A stretch of DNA of 64,000 nt from Isosphaeraceae bacterium (GCA_965199885.1 CBDATT010000002.1:1-64000), one strand, 5' to 3'; shown: positions 16,371-26,873, numbered from the stretch's first letter. Notes: generated from the sequence alone by a model not told the origin. A program made the numbers and translations.

Positions 16371-17696
16371 ATGCCCCGAATTATTGCCTGGCATTTTGCC
16401 GCCGCCGTTGTGCTTCTGATAGGTCTTCCCCTCCCGGCGCAGGAGCCGACCCCGCCGTCGCGGCCAACCATCATCCGCGCTGGGCGGCTGATTGATGTGC
16501 GCGCTGGTCGGGTTTTGACCGATCAGGCCATCGTGGTCGTGGGCGAGCGGATCAAGACCGTGGGTCCCGCCGCCGAGATCCTCAAGTCGGCCCCAACGGA
16601 TGCCACGATTGTGGATCTCTCCAGCGCGACCGTCTTGCCGGGCCTGATGGATTGCCACACCCACGTCTTGCTGCAAGGCGACATCACCGCCGCCGAGTAC
16701 GACGAGCAACTCCTCAAGGAGTCGATCCCCTACCGCGCCATCCGCGCCACGGCCGCCGCGCGGATCGCCTTGATGAACGGGTTCACCGCGATCCGCGACC
16801 TCGAAACCGAGGGGGCCATGTATGCCGATGTGGACGTCAAAAAAGCCATCCAGCGTGGGGTGATCCCCGGTCCCCGGATGTTCGTCTCGACCCGGGCCTT
16901 CTCGGCGACCGGGATGTATCCCTTGCTCGGCTACTCGTGGGAGTTGAAGGTTCCCGAGGGCGTCCAGATCGTCGACGGCGCTGACGCCATCCGCAAGGCC
17001 GTCCGCGAGCAGGTCGGGCATGGTGCTGACTGGATCAAGTTCTACTCGGACCGCAAATATTACCTGGAGAACGGCAAGCTTCGGAGCAAGGTCAACTTCA
17101 CCGAGGAGGAGATGAACGCCCTCGTGACCGAGGCCCACCGCCTCGACCGCAAGGTCGCCGCGCACGCGATCGGCAAGGACGGGATCATGGCCGCGCTCAA
17201 GGCGGGGGCTGATACGATCGAGCACGGCGACGGCTTTGATGCCGAGTCGATCGACCTCATGGTTCAAAAAGGCGTCTACTGGTGCCCGACCATCTACGTC
17301 ACCGCCTACGTCGCCGACGGTCGCGCCGCGGCGGGCAACCCGATCTGGCAACAGATGATCAAGCTGCAAGAAAAAGCCTTCGGCGAAGCGGTCAAGAAGG
17401 GGGCCAAGATCGCCTACGGGACCGACGCCGGCGGCTACGCCTGGACCGAGAACCAGGCCAAGGAAATGTCCTACATGGTCCGCTGGGGGATGACCCCGAT
17501 GCAGGCCATCCAGTCCGCCACCACCGTCGCCGCCCAGCTCTTGCAAAGCGAAAATGACCTGGGAGCGCTCGAACCCGGCAAGTTCGCCGACATCGTCGCC
17601 ACCACCAACGACCCCCTCGCCGACATCAGCGAACTCGAACACGTCAAGTTCGTCATGAAGAACGGCCAGATCTACAAAAACGAAATCCGCAAGTGA
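16371..17696 (+). CDS. amidohydrolase family metal-dependent hydrolase, secreted
   Basis: Signal peptide MPRIIAWHFAAAVVLLIGLPLPAQEP. The HxH metal motif LMDCHTHVLL, plus AAHAIGKDG and YGTDAGG, are typical of the amidohydrolase superfamily (imidazolonepropionase / Xaa-Pro dipeptidase-like). Confidence 0.8.
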   Translation: MPRIIAWHFAAAVVLLIGLPLPAQEPTPPSRPTIIRAGRLIDVRAGRVLTDQAIVVVGERIKTVGPAAEILKSAPTDATIVDLSSATVLPGLMDCHTHVLLQGDITAAEYDEQLLKESIPYRAIRATAAARIALMNGFTAIRDLETEGAMYADVDVKKAIQRGVIPGPRMFVSTRAFSATGMYPLLGYSWELKVPEGVQIVDGADAIRKAVREQVGHGADWIKFYSDRKYYLENGKLRSKVNFTEEEMNALVTEAHRLDRKVAAHAIGKDGIMAALKAGADTIEHGDGFDAESIDLMVQKGVYWCPTIYVTAYVADGRAAAGNPIWQQMIKLQEKAFGEAVKKGAKIAYGTDAGGYAWTENQAKEMSYMVRWGMTPMQAIQSATTVAAQLLQSENDLGALEPGKFADIVATTNDPLADISELEHVKFVMKNGQIYKNEIRK

Positions 17697-17809
17697 GCAT
17701 GTTCTGGCGGATGCGTGCAACCCACCGCGCGCCGTGACAGGGAGGTTACCCCAGACCCGACACGATCGCACGGTCGGTTTCCCCCCGGCATGACGCCGCG
17801 GGGCTGCGA

Positions 17810-19978
17810 TCAGATTGCGTGGTGGCCGTTGCTGATCGGGGCTTCGGTCCCGGTTTTGAGTTCCTCGATCTCGTCGGCCTTGGGCATCGAGCCGAGCGTT
17901 TCGCGCGTCATCCGGTCGGCGAACTCCTGGAGCGATGCGGTGGCGTTGGAGTCGGCCTCGGAGAGGGCGAAGCCCGACTTTTCGGCCACGAGGAGGTTGA
18001 GCAGGAGGCCGAAGACCCCCTGGCTGGCACCCAGACCACCGAGGCCCGAGCCAGAGCTATCCTGTCCTGTACCACCGGCGCTAAAAACGCGCTCGGGGAC
18101 GAGGGGTTGGGTGCTGGCGGCCAGCTTCTCGGCCACTTCGGCGAGCGCGAAGAGGCGGGGGTCGGAGTAGGACTGGATCTTGCGGAGGAGGACGGATGCC
18201 TCGGAGAGCCCGACCTGGAGGAGGCGCGAGCCTTCGCCCCGCCCGGCCAGGACGCGCTGCTGACTTTCGGCCTGCGCGGTGATGACCATCTGCTCAGCCT
18301 GCTTGCGGGCGCGGGCGAGCGCGGCCTCGCCTTCGTTCTCGGCGATCCGGACCTGGACCAGCGATTGGGTGAGTTGGGCCTGCATCCCGGCCTCGGCGCG
18401 GGCTTCGTTGAGGGTTTGCTGCTTGACCTCGGCGGCTCGCTGCCGTTCAAAGGTCTCGATCTGTTCGATCGAGAGTTGGCGGAGGCGAAGCTGTTCCAGC
18501 AAGGTCTCGATCTTGCCGCCGGCTTCGGCGGTGTCGGGCTTGCCGATCAGGACGTCGACGCACTCGATGTCGAACTCGGAGAACCGGCGGAACAGCTCGG
18601 CGCGGGCTTCGAGCTGGATCGAGTCGCGCTCATGCAAGAGCGCCAGCATGGTCCGCTTGTGGGCGACGTCGCGGAAGTAGGCGCTCAGCATCGGGTCGAG
18701 CGTCTGCGTGATCAGCTTCTTGACGTCGCCGAACCGCTGGATCACGCCCGGAGCCTTCTGGTAGTCGATGTGGACGACCACCGACAGCGGCAAGGTCGGC
18801 TCATAAGCGTCCTTGGTGACGAGGTCGATCGACCGCAAGCTCTCGTCGTACCGGTGCGTCTCGCTCCGGCCGGTGACCCAGTGGAGGACGAAGTTGGTCG
18901 TTGGGACCAGGACGATGGTGCCGGCATAGGTGTTGAAGGCATACTTGCCCGGCCCGAACGGGCGTTCGAGGACGCCGCGCTCCCCTTCGGCCACGCGCTC
19001 GCCGTGGCGGAACTTGGCCCCCGACGTGTCCTGCCCAGCGCGGCCGTAGTAGCTGACGACGACCCCGACGAAGCCGATCGGCACGACCGTCTTGGGCATC
19101 ATCTCGACGCTGGCAAACCAGCGGTTGATGAAGTAGGTGCCGTCGGTCAGGGGGTAATACTGCCGGCCCCGATAGCCCCCGGCGCGGAGGAAGGCCTCGG
19201 TGTCCTGGTAGTTGTTGTGGAAGTGTTTATCCGTCCGATCCGCCCCGACGGCGGGCGCGATGATCTCGCCCGGCCCGAGCGACGGCCCATCCTGAACCGT
19301 GACGATCCCGATCCCGTCGACGGTCGCCGTCACGCCGGGGTTGAGCGGGTCCTGGTAGCTGATCGGGCCGCCGACGACGACCGGGCTGAATCCGTTGATC
19401 CGTTCCAGTTCCGACTGCCAGCCGACCAGTGTTTCCAGTTCCTGCCGCCCGGCTGCTTCCAGGCGGTAAACCTCGTCCTGAGCGATGACGGTGAACAGGC
19501 CAAGATTGATCGCGTAGACCCCTTCGCGGAGGATCTGCCGCTGCCGTCCCCGCTGGCCGATGGTGGGCTCGGCGTCGTCGGTCGTCCGCTCGCCCGCCAG
19601 AAAGATCCGGGCGTCCTGGAAGTCGTTGCAGGCCGCGACTACCCGGGCCAGGGTCTGGCTGGGGGCCAGCGACTCGCCATCGCGGGCGTAAACGTAGGCA
19701 ATCTTCCCCTGTGGGATCGCGACCAGCCGGACCGGGTGGACCCGATACTGGAAGAACCAGTAGCCGAAGTGGAGCCCACCCCGCAAGACGTCGACCTGGA
19801 GGCCCGCTTCGCCTCGGAGCGCGATGATCCGCCCCTCGCTGACCGAGCCGAGGCTCGACCAGAGCTTCTCAACCACGCCGACCTTGTTGTTGGGGATGTA
19901 GCGAACCCCCAGGGCCAGCCAACCGAGCACAAACAGAACCAACCCAGCACCCGCGACCCACACCAAAGGCGTGTTCAT
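17810..19978 (-). CDS. SPFH/band-7 domain protein, flotillin (YqiK/FloT)-like
   Basis: 722 aa with an N-terminal TM helix, an SPFH-like region, and a long C-terminal coiled-coil with Ala/Glu/Gln-rich heptads (EARAEAGMQAQL...AENEGEAALARARKQAEQ). Confidence 0.55.
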   Translation of the reverse strand: MNTPLVWVAGAGLVLFVLGWLALGVRYIPNNKVGVVEKLWSSLGSVSEGRIIALRGEAGLQVDVLRGGLHFGYWFFQYRVHPVRLVAIPQGKIAYVYARDGESLAPSQTLARVVAACNDFQDARIFLAGERTTDDAEPTIGQRGRQRQILREGVYAINLGLFTVIAQDEVYRLEAAGRQELETLVGWQSELERINGFSPVVVGGPISYQDPLNPGVTATVDGIGIVTVQDGPSLGPGEIIAPAVGADRTDKHFHNNYQDTEAFLRAGGYRGRQYYPLTDGTYFINRWFASVEMMPKTVVPIGFVGVVVSYYGRAGQDTSGAKFRHGERVAEGERGVLERPFGPGKYAFNTYAGTIVLVPTTNFVLHWVTGRSETHRYDESLRSIDLVTKDAYEPTLPLSVVVHIDYQKAPGVIQRFGDVKKLITQTLDPMLSAYFRDVAHKRTMLALLHERDSIQLEARAELFRRFSEFDIECVDVLIGKPDTAEAGGKIETLLEQLRLRQLSIEQIETFERQRAAEVKQQTLNEARAEAGMQAQLTQSLVQVRIAENEGEAALARARKQAEQMVITAQAESQQRVLAGRGEGSRLLQVGLSEASVLLRKIQSYSDPRLFALAEVAEKLAASTQPLVPERVFSAGGTGQDSSGSGLGGLGASQGVFGLLLNLLVAEKSGFALSEADSNATASLQEFADRMTRETLGSMPKADEIEELKTGTEAPISNGHHAI

Positions 19979-20161
19979 GGGAGCGAAACCCTCCTGGCAA
20001 CCCTGGGTCCACCGGCCACCGAACCGATCAAGCGGCCGGCCGGAACCACGACGTATCGCCCGATATCAGCGAATACTTGCGTCAGTTGCGCCTGGATATT
20101 CGGTGGGCTGAGACCGAGATTGGATCAAATCGCCCCCCGCAATTGCGGATTTTAGGCGAGA

Positions 20162-20560
20162 TCAACGCTCGTACAGTTCGATCGGCAGGCCGTCAGGATC
20201 GGCGAAGAAGGTGAACCGCTTGCCCGTGAACTCGTCGACCCGGATTGGCTCGACGTGGACCCCATGTTCGGCCAGGCTGGCGACGGCCGCATCGAGGTCA
20301 GCGACTTCGAATGCGAGGTGCCGGAGGCCGCGGGCTTCGGGGTAACTCGGTCGAGGCGGAGGAGACGGGAACGAGAACAGCTCGATCTGGCTGCCGTCGG
20401 GCAACTGGAGGTCGAGTTTGTACGAGCTCCGCTCGGCCCGGTGGACCTCGCGGATGACCGGTAGGCCGAGGATCTCGGTGTAGAACGCCTTCGACCGGGC
20501 GTAGTCCGAGCTGATGATGGCGACGTGGTGGACTCGAAGGATGGCGAGCGGTGCGGGCAT
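20162..20560 (-). CDS. VOC family protein (glyoxalase I / bleomycin-resistance fold)
   Basis: About 133 aa from the internal Met MPAPLAILRVHHVAIISSDYARSKAFY. The HHVA...E...H...E spacing is typical of vicinal oxygen chelate enzymes. The upstream ORF extension overlaps the terminator hairpin. Confidence 0.6.
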   Translation of the reverse strand: MPAPLAILRVHHVAIISSDYARSKAFYTEILGLPVIREVHRAERSSYKLDLQLPDGSQIELFSFPSPPPRPSYPEARGLRHLAFEVADLDAAVASLAEHGVHVEPIRVDEFTGKRFTFFADPDGLPIELYER

Positions 20561-20675
20561 GATGGCCTCGGTCGTGGGGCTTCGAAACGAGGATGGGCTC
20601 CCGGCCTTCGTCGAGAGCCCACCCACTTATTCCAGGACCGACGCGGTTAACCAAGCCAAAGGCGAAGGCCAGCCG

Positions 20676-20728
20676 CAAGAAAGGGGACAGACACCGCTCC
20701 TCCGTCGCTTGAGTCAGTCCCCTTTTGC
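20676..20728. terminator. conserved bidirectional terminator-like hairpin (copy 2), near-identical to 6284-6336
   Basis: GAAAGGGGACAGAC-ACCGCTCCTCCGTCGCTTGAG-TCAGTCCCCTTTTG lies immediately 3' of ppdK (stop at 20798) and 5' of the VOC gene. The loop differs by 1 nt from copy 1. Confidence 0.5.
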
Positions 20729-20797
20729 CAACCGCCAAGCTGTTCCTGATTTATCTGCATCAATCCTCTGTGGATCGAGACTCTGTCACCTGATCGA

Positions 20798-23470
20798 TCA
20801 ACGGTCGCGGCTGATCGACTTGCCGTCGGCGAGGGCCGCCTGCGCAGCGGCGAGGCGGGCGATCGGGACGCGGAAGGGGGAGCAGGAGACGTAGTCCATG
20901 CCGACCTTGTGGCAGAACATGACAGACTCGGGGTCGCCGCCGTGCTCGCCGCAGATCCCGACCTTGAGGTGCTCGCCTTTGGCCTTGCGGACGGCGCGGC
21001 CCTTGGTGGTCCCCATCTCGACAAGCTGGCCCACGCCCGAGGCGTCGAGCGTCTGGAACGGGTCCACCGGCAGGATCTTGTGCTCGACGTAGGCTGGCAC
21101 GAACGAGCCGATGTCGTCGCGGCTGAACCCGAAGGTCATCTGCGTCAGGTCGTTGGTCCCGAACGAGAAGAACTCGGCCTCCTCGGCGATCTTGTCGGCC
21201 GTCAGGGCAGCGCGGGGTACCTCGATCATGGTGCCGATCAGGTACTCGACCTTGGCGCCCGCCTTGGCCATGCACTCGTCGGCGATCCGGATCGCCCGCT
21301 TCTTGAGGAACGACAGCTCCTCGACGGTCCCGACGAGCGGGATCATGATCTCGGGCAGGACGTTCTTGCCCGCCTGCTTGACCTGAATGGCGGCCTCGAT
21401 GATGGCCCGGACCTGCATGTCGCCGATCTCGGGGAACTTGATCGCCAGGCGGCAACCACGGAGCCCGAGCATCGGGTTGGCCTCGTGGAGCGAGGCCACG
21501 CGGTCCTTGACCTTCTGGACCGGCACGCCCAGCTGCTTGGCGACTTCAGCCTGACCGGCCTCGTCGTGCGGCAGGAACTCGTGCAGGGGCGGGTCGAGCA
21601 GGCGGATCGTGACGGGCAGGCCGTCCATCGCCTCGAAGAGACCGACGAAGTCGGCCTTCTGGTAGGGTTCGAGCGCGGCGAGGGCCGACTTCCGGCCAGC
21701 CTCGTCGTCGGCGAGGATCATCTTCCGCATGTCGACGATCCGCTGCCCCTCGAAGAACATGTGCTCGGTCCGGCAGAGGCCGATCCCCTCGGCGCCGAAC
21801 TCGCGGGCCTTGAGCGCGTCCTTGGGCGAGTCGGCGTTGGTCCGCACTTTCATGGTCCGAACCTTGTCGGCGTAGGCCATGTAGGTGGCGAAGCTGCCGC
21901 TCATCTGAGCGTCGATCGTCGGGACCTGGCCGATCATGACGTCGCCGGTGGTCCCGTCGATGGTCAGCCATTCGCCGACCTTGACGACCTTGCCGCCGAT
22001 CGTGATCTGGCCGCCCTTCTCGTCGATCTGGAGGGCGTCGCAGCCGACCACGCAGGGCTTGCCCCAACCGCGGGCGACGACCGCCGCGTGGCTGGCCTTG
22101 CCGCCGGTCGCGGTCAAAATCCCCTTGGCCAGGTGCATCCCGGCGACGTCTTCGGGGCTGGTTTCCTTCCGGACGAGCATGATCGACTCGCCGGGGTGCT
22201 TCTCGGCGTACTCAACGGCAGCTTCGGCCGAGAGGATCACCTTGCCGGCAGCGGCTCCCGGGCTGGCGGCGATTCCCTGCGCAACGGCCTTGACGTCGGC
22301 CTTGGGGTCAAGGCTGGGCAAGAGCAGGTGGTTCAAGTCGTTCGGGTTGACCCGGTTGATGGCGGTATGCTCGGTGATCAGACCGGCTTCAACCATCTCG
22401 ACGGCGATCCGCACAGCCGAGCTGCCGGTTCGCTTGCCGGTCCGGGTTTGCAGCATATAGAGGGTGCCGTCCTGGACGGTGAACTCGATATCCTGCATCT
22501 CCTTGTAGTGCTGTTCGAGCTTCTGACGGATACCCATGAGCTGGTCATAGACCTTGGGCATGTCGTCCTGGAGGCGGCTGATCGGCTCGGGGGTCCGGAT
22601 GCCGGCGACGACGTCCTCACCCTGGGCGTTGATCAGGTAGTCGCCATAGAAGACGTCTTCGCCGGTGTTCGGGTCGCGGGTGAAGGCGACGCCGGTGCCC
22701 GAGTTCTCGCCCATGTTGCCGAAGACCATCGCCTGGACGTTGACGGCGGTGCCCTTCAGGCCGGTGATCCGCTCGATCCGGCGGTACTCGATCGCCTTCT
22801 TGCCTTCCCAGCTATTGAAAACGGCCATGATGGCCTTCCAGAGCTGGTCCTTCGGGTCCTGCGGGAAGTCCTCGCCGGTCCCTTTTTTGTAGACCGCCTT
22901 GTACTTCGTGACCAGTTCCTTGAGGTCGTCACCCGACAGTTCGGTGTCGAGCTGGACGCCGCGAGCATGCTTCAAGGTGTGGAGTTCATGCTCGAACAGC
23001 TCGTGCTCGACCCCCATGACGACCGAGCCGAACATGTCGATCAACCGGCGGTAGCCGTCGTAGGCGAACCGGACGTTGCCGGTCTTCTTGGCCAGCCCTT
23101 CGGTCGCCACGTCGGACAGACCAAGGTTGAGAATCGTGTTCATCATCCCGGGCATCGAGAGCGCAGCACCCGAGCGGACCGAGACGAGGAGAGGGTCGGC
23201 CGGGTCGCCGAGCTTGGCCCCCATCTCCTTTTCCACCTGGGCGATGGCGGCTTCGACCTGCGGCTTGGTCAGTTCGGGGAGCTTCTTCCCCAGCTCGTAA
23301 TACTCAGCGCAGACCTCGGTCGTGATCGTGAAGCCGGGGGGCACGGGGATACCGATCACGCTCATCTCGGCCAGGTTGGCCCCTTTGCCGCCGAGCAAGG
23401 ACTTCATGTCGGCCTTGCCCTCAGCCTTACCACCGCCGAAGGAATACACATACTTGTGCGAGTCGGACAT
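20798..23470 (-). CDS. ppdK: pyruvate, phosphate dikinase
   Basis: 890 aa with an N-terminal ATP-grasp region (GGKGANLAEM), the central phospho-His domain (GGKASHAAVVARGWG), and a C-terminal PEP-utilizer TIM barrel (ICGE...GMDYVSCSPFRVP). PPDK is unmistakable. Confidence 0.95.
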   Translation of the reverse strand: MSDSHKYVYSFGGGKAEGKADMKSLLGGKGANLAEMSVIGIPVPPGFTITTEVCAEYYELGKKLPELTKPQVEAAIAQVEKEMGAKLGDPADPLLVSVRSGAALSMPGMMNTILNLGLSDVATEGLAKKTGNVRFAYDGYRRLIDMFGSVVMGVEHELFEHELHTLKHARGVQLDTELSGDDLKELVTKYKAVYKKGTGEDFPQDPKDQLWKAIMAVFNSWEGKKAIEYRRIERITGLKGTAVNVQAMVFGNMGENSGTGVAFTRDPNTGEDVFYGDYLINAQGEDVVAGIRTPEPISRLQDDMPKVYDQLMGIRQKLEQHYKEMQDIEFTVQDGTLYMLQTRTGKRTGSSAVRIAVEMVEAGLITEHTAINRVNPNDLNHLLLPSLDPKADVKAVAQGIAASPGAAAGKVILSAEAAVEYAEKHPGESIMLVRKETSPEDVAGMHLAKGILTATGGKASHAAVVARGWGKPCVVGCDALQIDEKGGQITIGGKVVKVGEWLTIDGTTGDVMIGQVPTIDAQMSGSFATYMAYADKVRTMKVRTNADSPKDALKAREFGAEGIGLCRTEHMFFEGQRIVDMRKMILADDEAGRKSALAALEPYQKADFVGLFEAMDGLPVTIRLLDPPLHEFLPHDEAGQAEVAKQLGVPVQKVKDRVASLHEANPMLGLRGCRLAIKFPEIGDMQVRAIIEAAIQVKQAGKNVLPEIMIPLVGTVEELSFLKKRAIRIADECMAKAGAKVEYLIGTMIEVPRAALTADKIAEEAEFFSFGTNDLTQMTFGFSRDDIGSFVPAYVEHKILPVDPFQTLDASGVGQLVEMGTTKGRAVRKAKGEHLKVGICGEHGGDPESVMFCHKVGMDYVSCSPFRVPIARLAAAQAALADGKSISRDR

Positions 23471-23652
23471 CGGTCGTGCAAACTCCCTGAAACCACGTCA
23501 ATCAAAAGGTGAGCGCTACCTGGGCATCCCTGCCGCGGGGCCATCGTCCAGGCCCAATCATCCTAATCACCGGATGATCCACACGTTAATCGACCTCCCG
23601 AGCGGGCGTCAAGGCGCCAGGGGCTGGCCTGGGTCGGTGTGGGGGCGTCGGT

Positions 23653-24258
23653 TCAGGCCAGCGGCGCGGCCGGGAACACGCCCAGATAAATCTCGCGCAG
23701 CGGCACGGCGACGGCCGGATCGGGCAAGGTGAGGATGCCGTCGGGCCAGGCCAGGTCGGTCCGGGGCCACGAGTCGTCGGCCTGCCGGTCGTACTGCTCA
23801 ACAGCGGGTGACTCTTGCCCGACGAGGATGTAATGCCTCAGCGATGCAATCCGGCGGTAGTGGGCGAACTTGGCACCCCGGTCCGACTTCTGGGTGCTGG
23901 GTGACAGGATCTCGATGATGACCCGGGGGTTGGTCAAGGTATCGAACTGGTTGTCGATGAACTGGGGTTCGTCGCAGACGATGATGAAGTCAGGGTAGGT
24001 GTAGGAACCATCGGTGATGGCCACCCGGAGGTCGTTTGAACCGACGGTACAGGGACCGCCCAGGAGGTGACCGTAAATCCTCGCCTGGAGATTGCTGGAG
24101 ATCCGGATGTGCCGGTAACTGGTCCCAGCCATGGCGTGGGGCGACCCTTCGCGGGGGTACATCACGCCGTTGAAGAACTCGCTCTTGAACTCGGCCTCGC
24201 GCTCGATGGCCAGGTATTCGGCTCCGGTCATGCGGCTCGGGCGGGGAGAGGACGCCAT
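23653..24258 (-). CDS. Uma2 family endonuclease (DUF820, PD-(D/E)xK fold)
   Basis: 201 aa. The motifs EYLAIEREAEFKSEFFNGVMY, PDFIIVCDE, IIEILSPST and KFAHYRRIASLRHYILV match Uma2/DUF820 family signatures. Confidence 0.6.
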   Translation of the reverse strand: MASSPRPSRMTGAEYLAIEREAEFKSEFFNGVMYPREGSPHAMAGTSYRHIRISSNLQARIYGHLLGGPCTVGSNDLRVAITDGSYTYPDFIIVCDEPQFIDNQFDTLTNPRVIIEILSPSTQKSDRGAKFAHYRRIASLRHYILVGQESPAVEQYDRQADDSWPRTDLAWPDGILTLPDPAVAVPLREIYLGVFPAAPLA

Positions 24259-24417
24259 GGGTATCTCCTGCGCGGACGAGGGGGCAAGGAACCTGGATAA
24301 ATGATGGCCAGATTAACACCAAAGGCCCCACGCGGCGACTGGCAAACCGGTGGGTGGGCGGTTACTCTGAGAGCAGGAACTGAGCCCGATCACCGTTGCC
24401 GACGCTGAGGGTCGCTC

Positions 24418-25146
24418 ATGCAACGCCATCTTGTCCCGCAGATCACTCCTCTCGACGACCCGGACTACCCCTCGCGTGACGGTAACCCGATGTCCGATAA
24501 CATGCTCCAGTTTCGCTGGATCACGACGGTCCAGGGGGGGCTCGACACCTTGTTCGGCGATGATCCTCAGGTCGTCGTGGCGGGCGACTGCCTGTGGTAT
24601 CCAGTGGAAGGGAACAACAAGATCCGGATCGCCCCCGACACGATGGTGATCTTCGGTCGGCCCCGAGGGGACCGAGGATCGTACATTCAGCACCGCGAGG
24701 CGGGCATTCCAGTTCATGTCGCCTTTGAAGTCCTCTCGCCGGGCAACCGCGCGGGGGAGATGCGCCGCAAACTGGCGTTCTACGAGACGTACGGCGTCGA
24801 GGAGTATTACATCCTCGACCCCGATTTCGCCCGCCACAAAGGTTACCTGCGCGAGGGGGATAAGCTTGTGCCCGTCCCCGACCTGTTTGGCTTCACCAGC
24901 CCCCGACTGGGCATTCGGTTCGAGATGACGCGAACCATGAAGAAGGAACTCCGGATCGTGACGCCCAGTGGCACCCTGTTCCAACCCTATTTCGATATTG
25001 CCCGGAAACTCGACGTGTCGGAGCGGCGGATCGAAGCGGAACGCGAGCGGGCCAACGAGGCGGAACTACAGGCGACCGCCGACCGTGAGCGAGTCGAGCG
25101 GTTGCTGGCGCAGTTGCGGGCCTCCGGCATGGAGCCGGACGCCTGA
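24418..25146 (+). CDS. Uma2 family endonuclease (DUF820) with C-terminal coiled-coil extension
   Basis: 242 aa. The motifs PDTMVIFGRP, AFEVLSPGNRAGEMRRKLAFYETYGVEEYYILDP match the DUF820 core. The C-terminus is an Arg/Glu-rich coiled-coil. It is divergent from the other Uma2 gene. Confidence 0.6.
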   Translation: MQRHLVPQITPLDDPDYPSRDGNPMSDNMLQFRWITTVQGGLDTLFGDDPQVVVAGDCLWYPVEGNNKIRIAPDTMVIFGRPRGDRGSYIQHREAGIPVHVAFEVLSPGNRAGEMRRKLAFYETYGVEEYYILDPDFARHKGYLREGDKLVPVPDLFGFTSPRLGIRFEMTRTMKKELRIVTPSGTLFQPYFDIARKLDVSERRIEAERERANEAELQATADRERVERLLAQLRASGMEPDA

Positions 25147-25266
25147 CCGGTCTGACGGTTTGAGCCAATTCACCTTGTCGATCCGGTGAAATTGGCGATA
25201 ATTTCGCGGTGGTGATCGGTCAAAGGATCGAGAACCGGGTTGAGACGGATCTCAGGGCGAGACTTG

Positions 25267-26172
25267 ATGCCGATCCAGTTCAGCATGCTGGCCAGTGGTT
25301 CGAGGGGCAACACGGCCCTCGTGCGCGCGGGGCATAGCGGGGTCCTGATCGACTTTGGCCTGATCCCGAGCGCCCTTGAAGGGCGGCTCGGCGAGGTCGG
25401 CGCGGGGTGGCGGCACATCTCGGCCGCCCTGTTAACCCATACCCACGGCGACCATGCCAACCCAGCCACCTTGCGGTGGTTTGCGAACCAGAAGATCGTG
25501 CTGTACTGCCATGAGGGGCACCGCAAGAATCTCGGGAATCGGCCGGGGTTCATGGAGCTGGACGAGCTGGGGTTGGTCCGGCACTTTGATGACCGGCCGT
25601 TCCTGACGCCAGCGGGGATGCGGGTGGAACCGGTCGAGTTGAGCCACGACGGCGGGCCGACGTTTGGTTTTCGGATCGAGGCGCGGGCCGAGCGGAAGGC
25701 GCGGCCGGTCTCGGTCGGGTACATGGCCGATACGGGAACCTGGACCGACGCGATGGTCGAGGCGATGAGCGACGTCGCCCTGCTCGGGGTCGAGTTCAAC
25801 CACGACGTCGAGTTGCAGCGGCGGTCGGGGCGCGCTGGGTTCCTGATCGCGCGGAACCTTGGGCCGCGTGGGCATCTCTCGAACGATCAGGGGGCGAAGC
25901 TGGTCTCGGCGGTCCTGAAGCGGTCGTCGCCGGGGTCGCTCCGGCATGTGGTCCTGCTCCACCTGAGCGAGCAATGCAACCGCCCGGCGCTCGCCATCGA
26001 GGAGGCCACCAACGCCGTCCGCGCCTCGGGCCGGAAGGTGGCTGTTCATGCCGCCCGCCAGCGTGATGCCTTCCCCAATATCCACGTCCTGCCCGGGCGT
26101 AAATCCCGAGCCGTGGCCCCGACGGCGCCGGGTCCCGCCTCCGGCTTCCTGTTTCCCTGGGAAGTGGATTGA
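25267..26172 (+). CDS. MBL-fold metallo-hydrolase
   Basis: The HTHGDH zinc motif (LLTHTHGDHANP), a downstream His and an HLSNDQG motif are present. Start chosen at MPIQFSMLASGSRGN. Confidence 0.7.
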   Translation: MPIQFSMLASGSRGNTALVRAGHSGVLIDFGLIPSALEGRLGEVGAGWRHISAALLTHTHGDHANPATLRWFANQKIVLYCHEGHRKNLGNRPGFMELDELGLVRHFDDRPFLTPAGMRVEPVELSHDGGPTFGFRIEARAERKARPVSVGYMADTGTWTDAMVEAMSDVALLGVEFNHDVELQRRSGRAGFLIARNLGPRGHLSNDQGAKLVSAVLKRSSPGSLRHVVLLHLSEQCNRPALAIEEATNAVRASGRKVAVHAARQRDAFPNIHVLPGRKSRAVAPTAPGPASGFLFPWEVD

Positions 26173-26873
26173 TCGTGGGCCGAGACTTCTTCCTGAGCGA
26201 TGTTCACCTGCGGCTCGACTTCCCCGAGCGCGGGGCTCGGCTGGCAGCGCTGGTGGATCAGCTCGATCCGAGCGACTCGCTGACGATCGTCGGTGACCTC
26301 TGCGACTTCTGGTTCGCCGCCCGCCAGCAGCGGCTCGACCCGATAATCGGGCCGGGCATCCGGGCCCTGGCCCAGTTCCGCCAGCGTGGGGGCCGGATCA
26401 CGATCCTGGCGGGCAACCACGACGCCTGGCTCGGGCCGTTCTATGAGCAGACCTTCAGCGCAACCTTCGTGCCTGACAAGCTGGAGCGGACCGTCGGCGG
26501 CCTCCGGACCCTGATTACCCACGGCCACCGGCTCGGAGCGCGAACTCCCTGGAAAGTCGGGCTCGAAAGCCGGGCCTTCCTCGCCGCGTTCCGGGCCGTG
26601 CCCGCAACCCTGGCCGACTTCCTCGGCAACCAGTTGCACCAAACCAACGAAGCCCACCAGGACGAGTTCACCCAGCGCGGGCTGGATGCCTACCAGCGTT
26701 ACGCCAATGGCGTCGGCGACCGCTATGACCTGGTGATCCTCGGGCACGTCCACCGCCCGCTCGATACCGGGTCCACGCATCCCAGGTTGGTGGTGCTGGG
26801 AGGCTGGCATGAGGGGTCGGCCTACCTCGTTGCGGACGGGGCCGACGTCCGGCATGTCGTGCAGCCAGGTTGA
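26169..26873 (+). CDS. metallophosphoesterase, LpxH (UDP-2,3-diacylglucosamine hydrolase)-like
   Basis: Calcineurin-like motifs SDVHL (DxH), VGDLCDFW (GDxxD), AGNHDAW (GNHD/E) and GHVH are present. It overlaps the MBL gene by 4 nt. Confidence 0.55.
   Translation: MIVGRDFFLSDVHLRLDFPERGARLAALVDQLDPSDSLTIVGDLCDFWFAARQQRLDPIIGPGIRALAQFRQRGGRITILAGNHDAWLGPFYEQTFSATFVPDKLERTVGGLRTLITHGHRLGARTPWKVGLESRAFLAAFRAVPATLADFLGNQLHQTNEAHQDEFTQRGLDAYQRYANGVGDRYDLVILGHVHRPLDTGSTHPRLVVLGGWHEGSAYLVADGADVRHVVQPG

Noticed and set aside
17810-19978. Expected NfeD/YqiJ partner gene for the flotillin-like protein
   Set aside because: No NfeD-like ORF is adjacent on either side. I did not report it as a finding because operon partners can be unlinked in other phyla.
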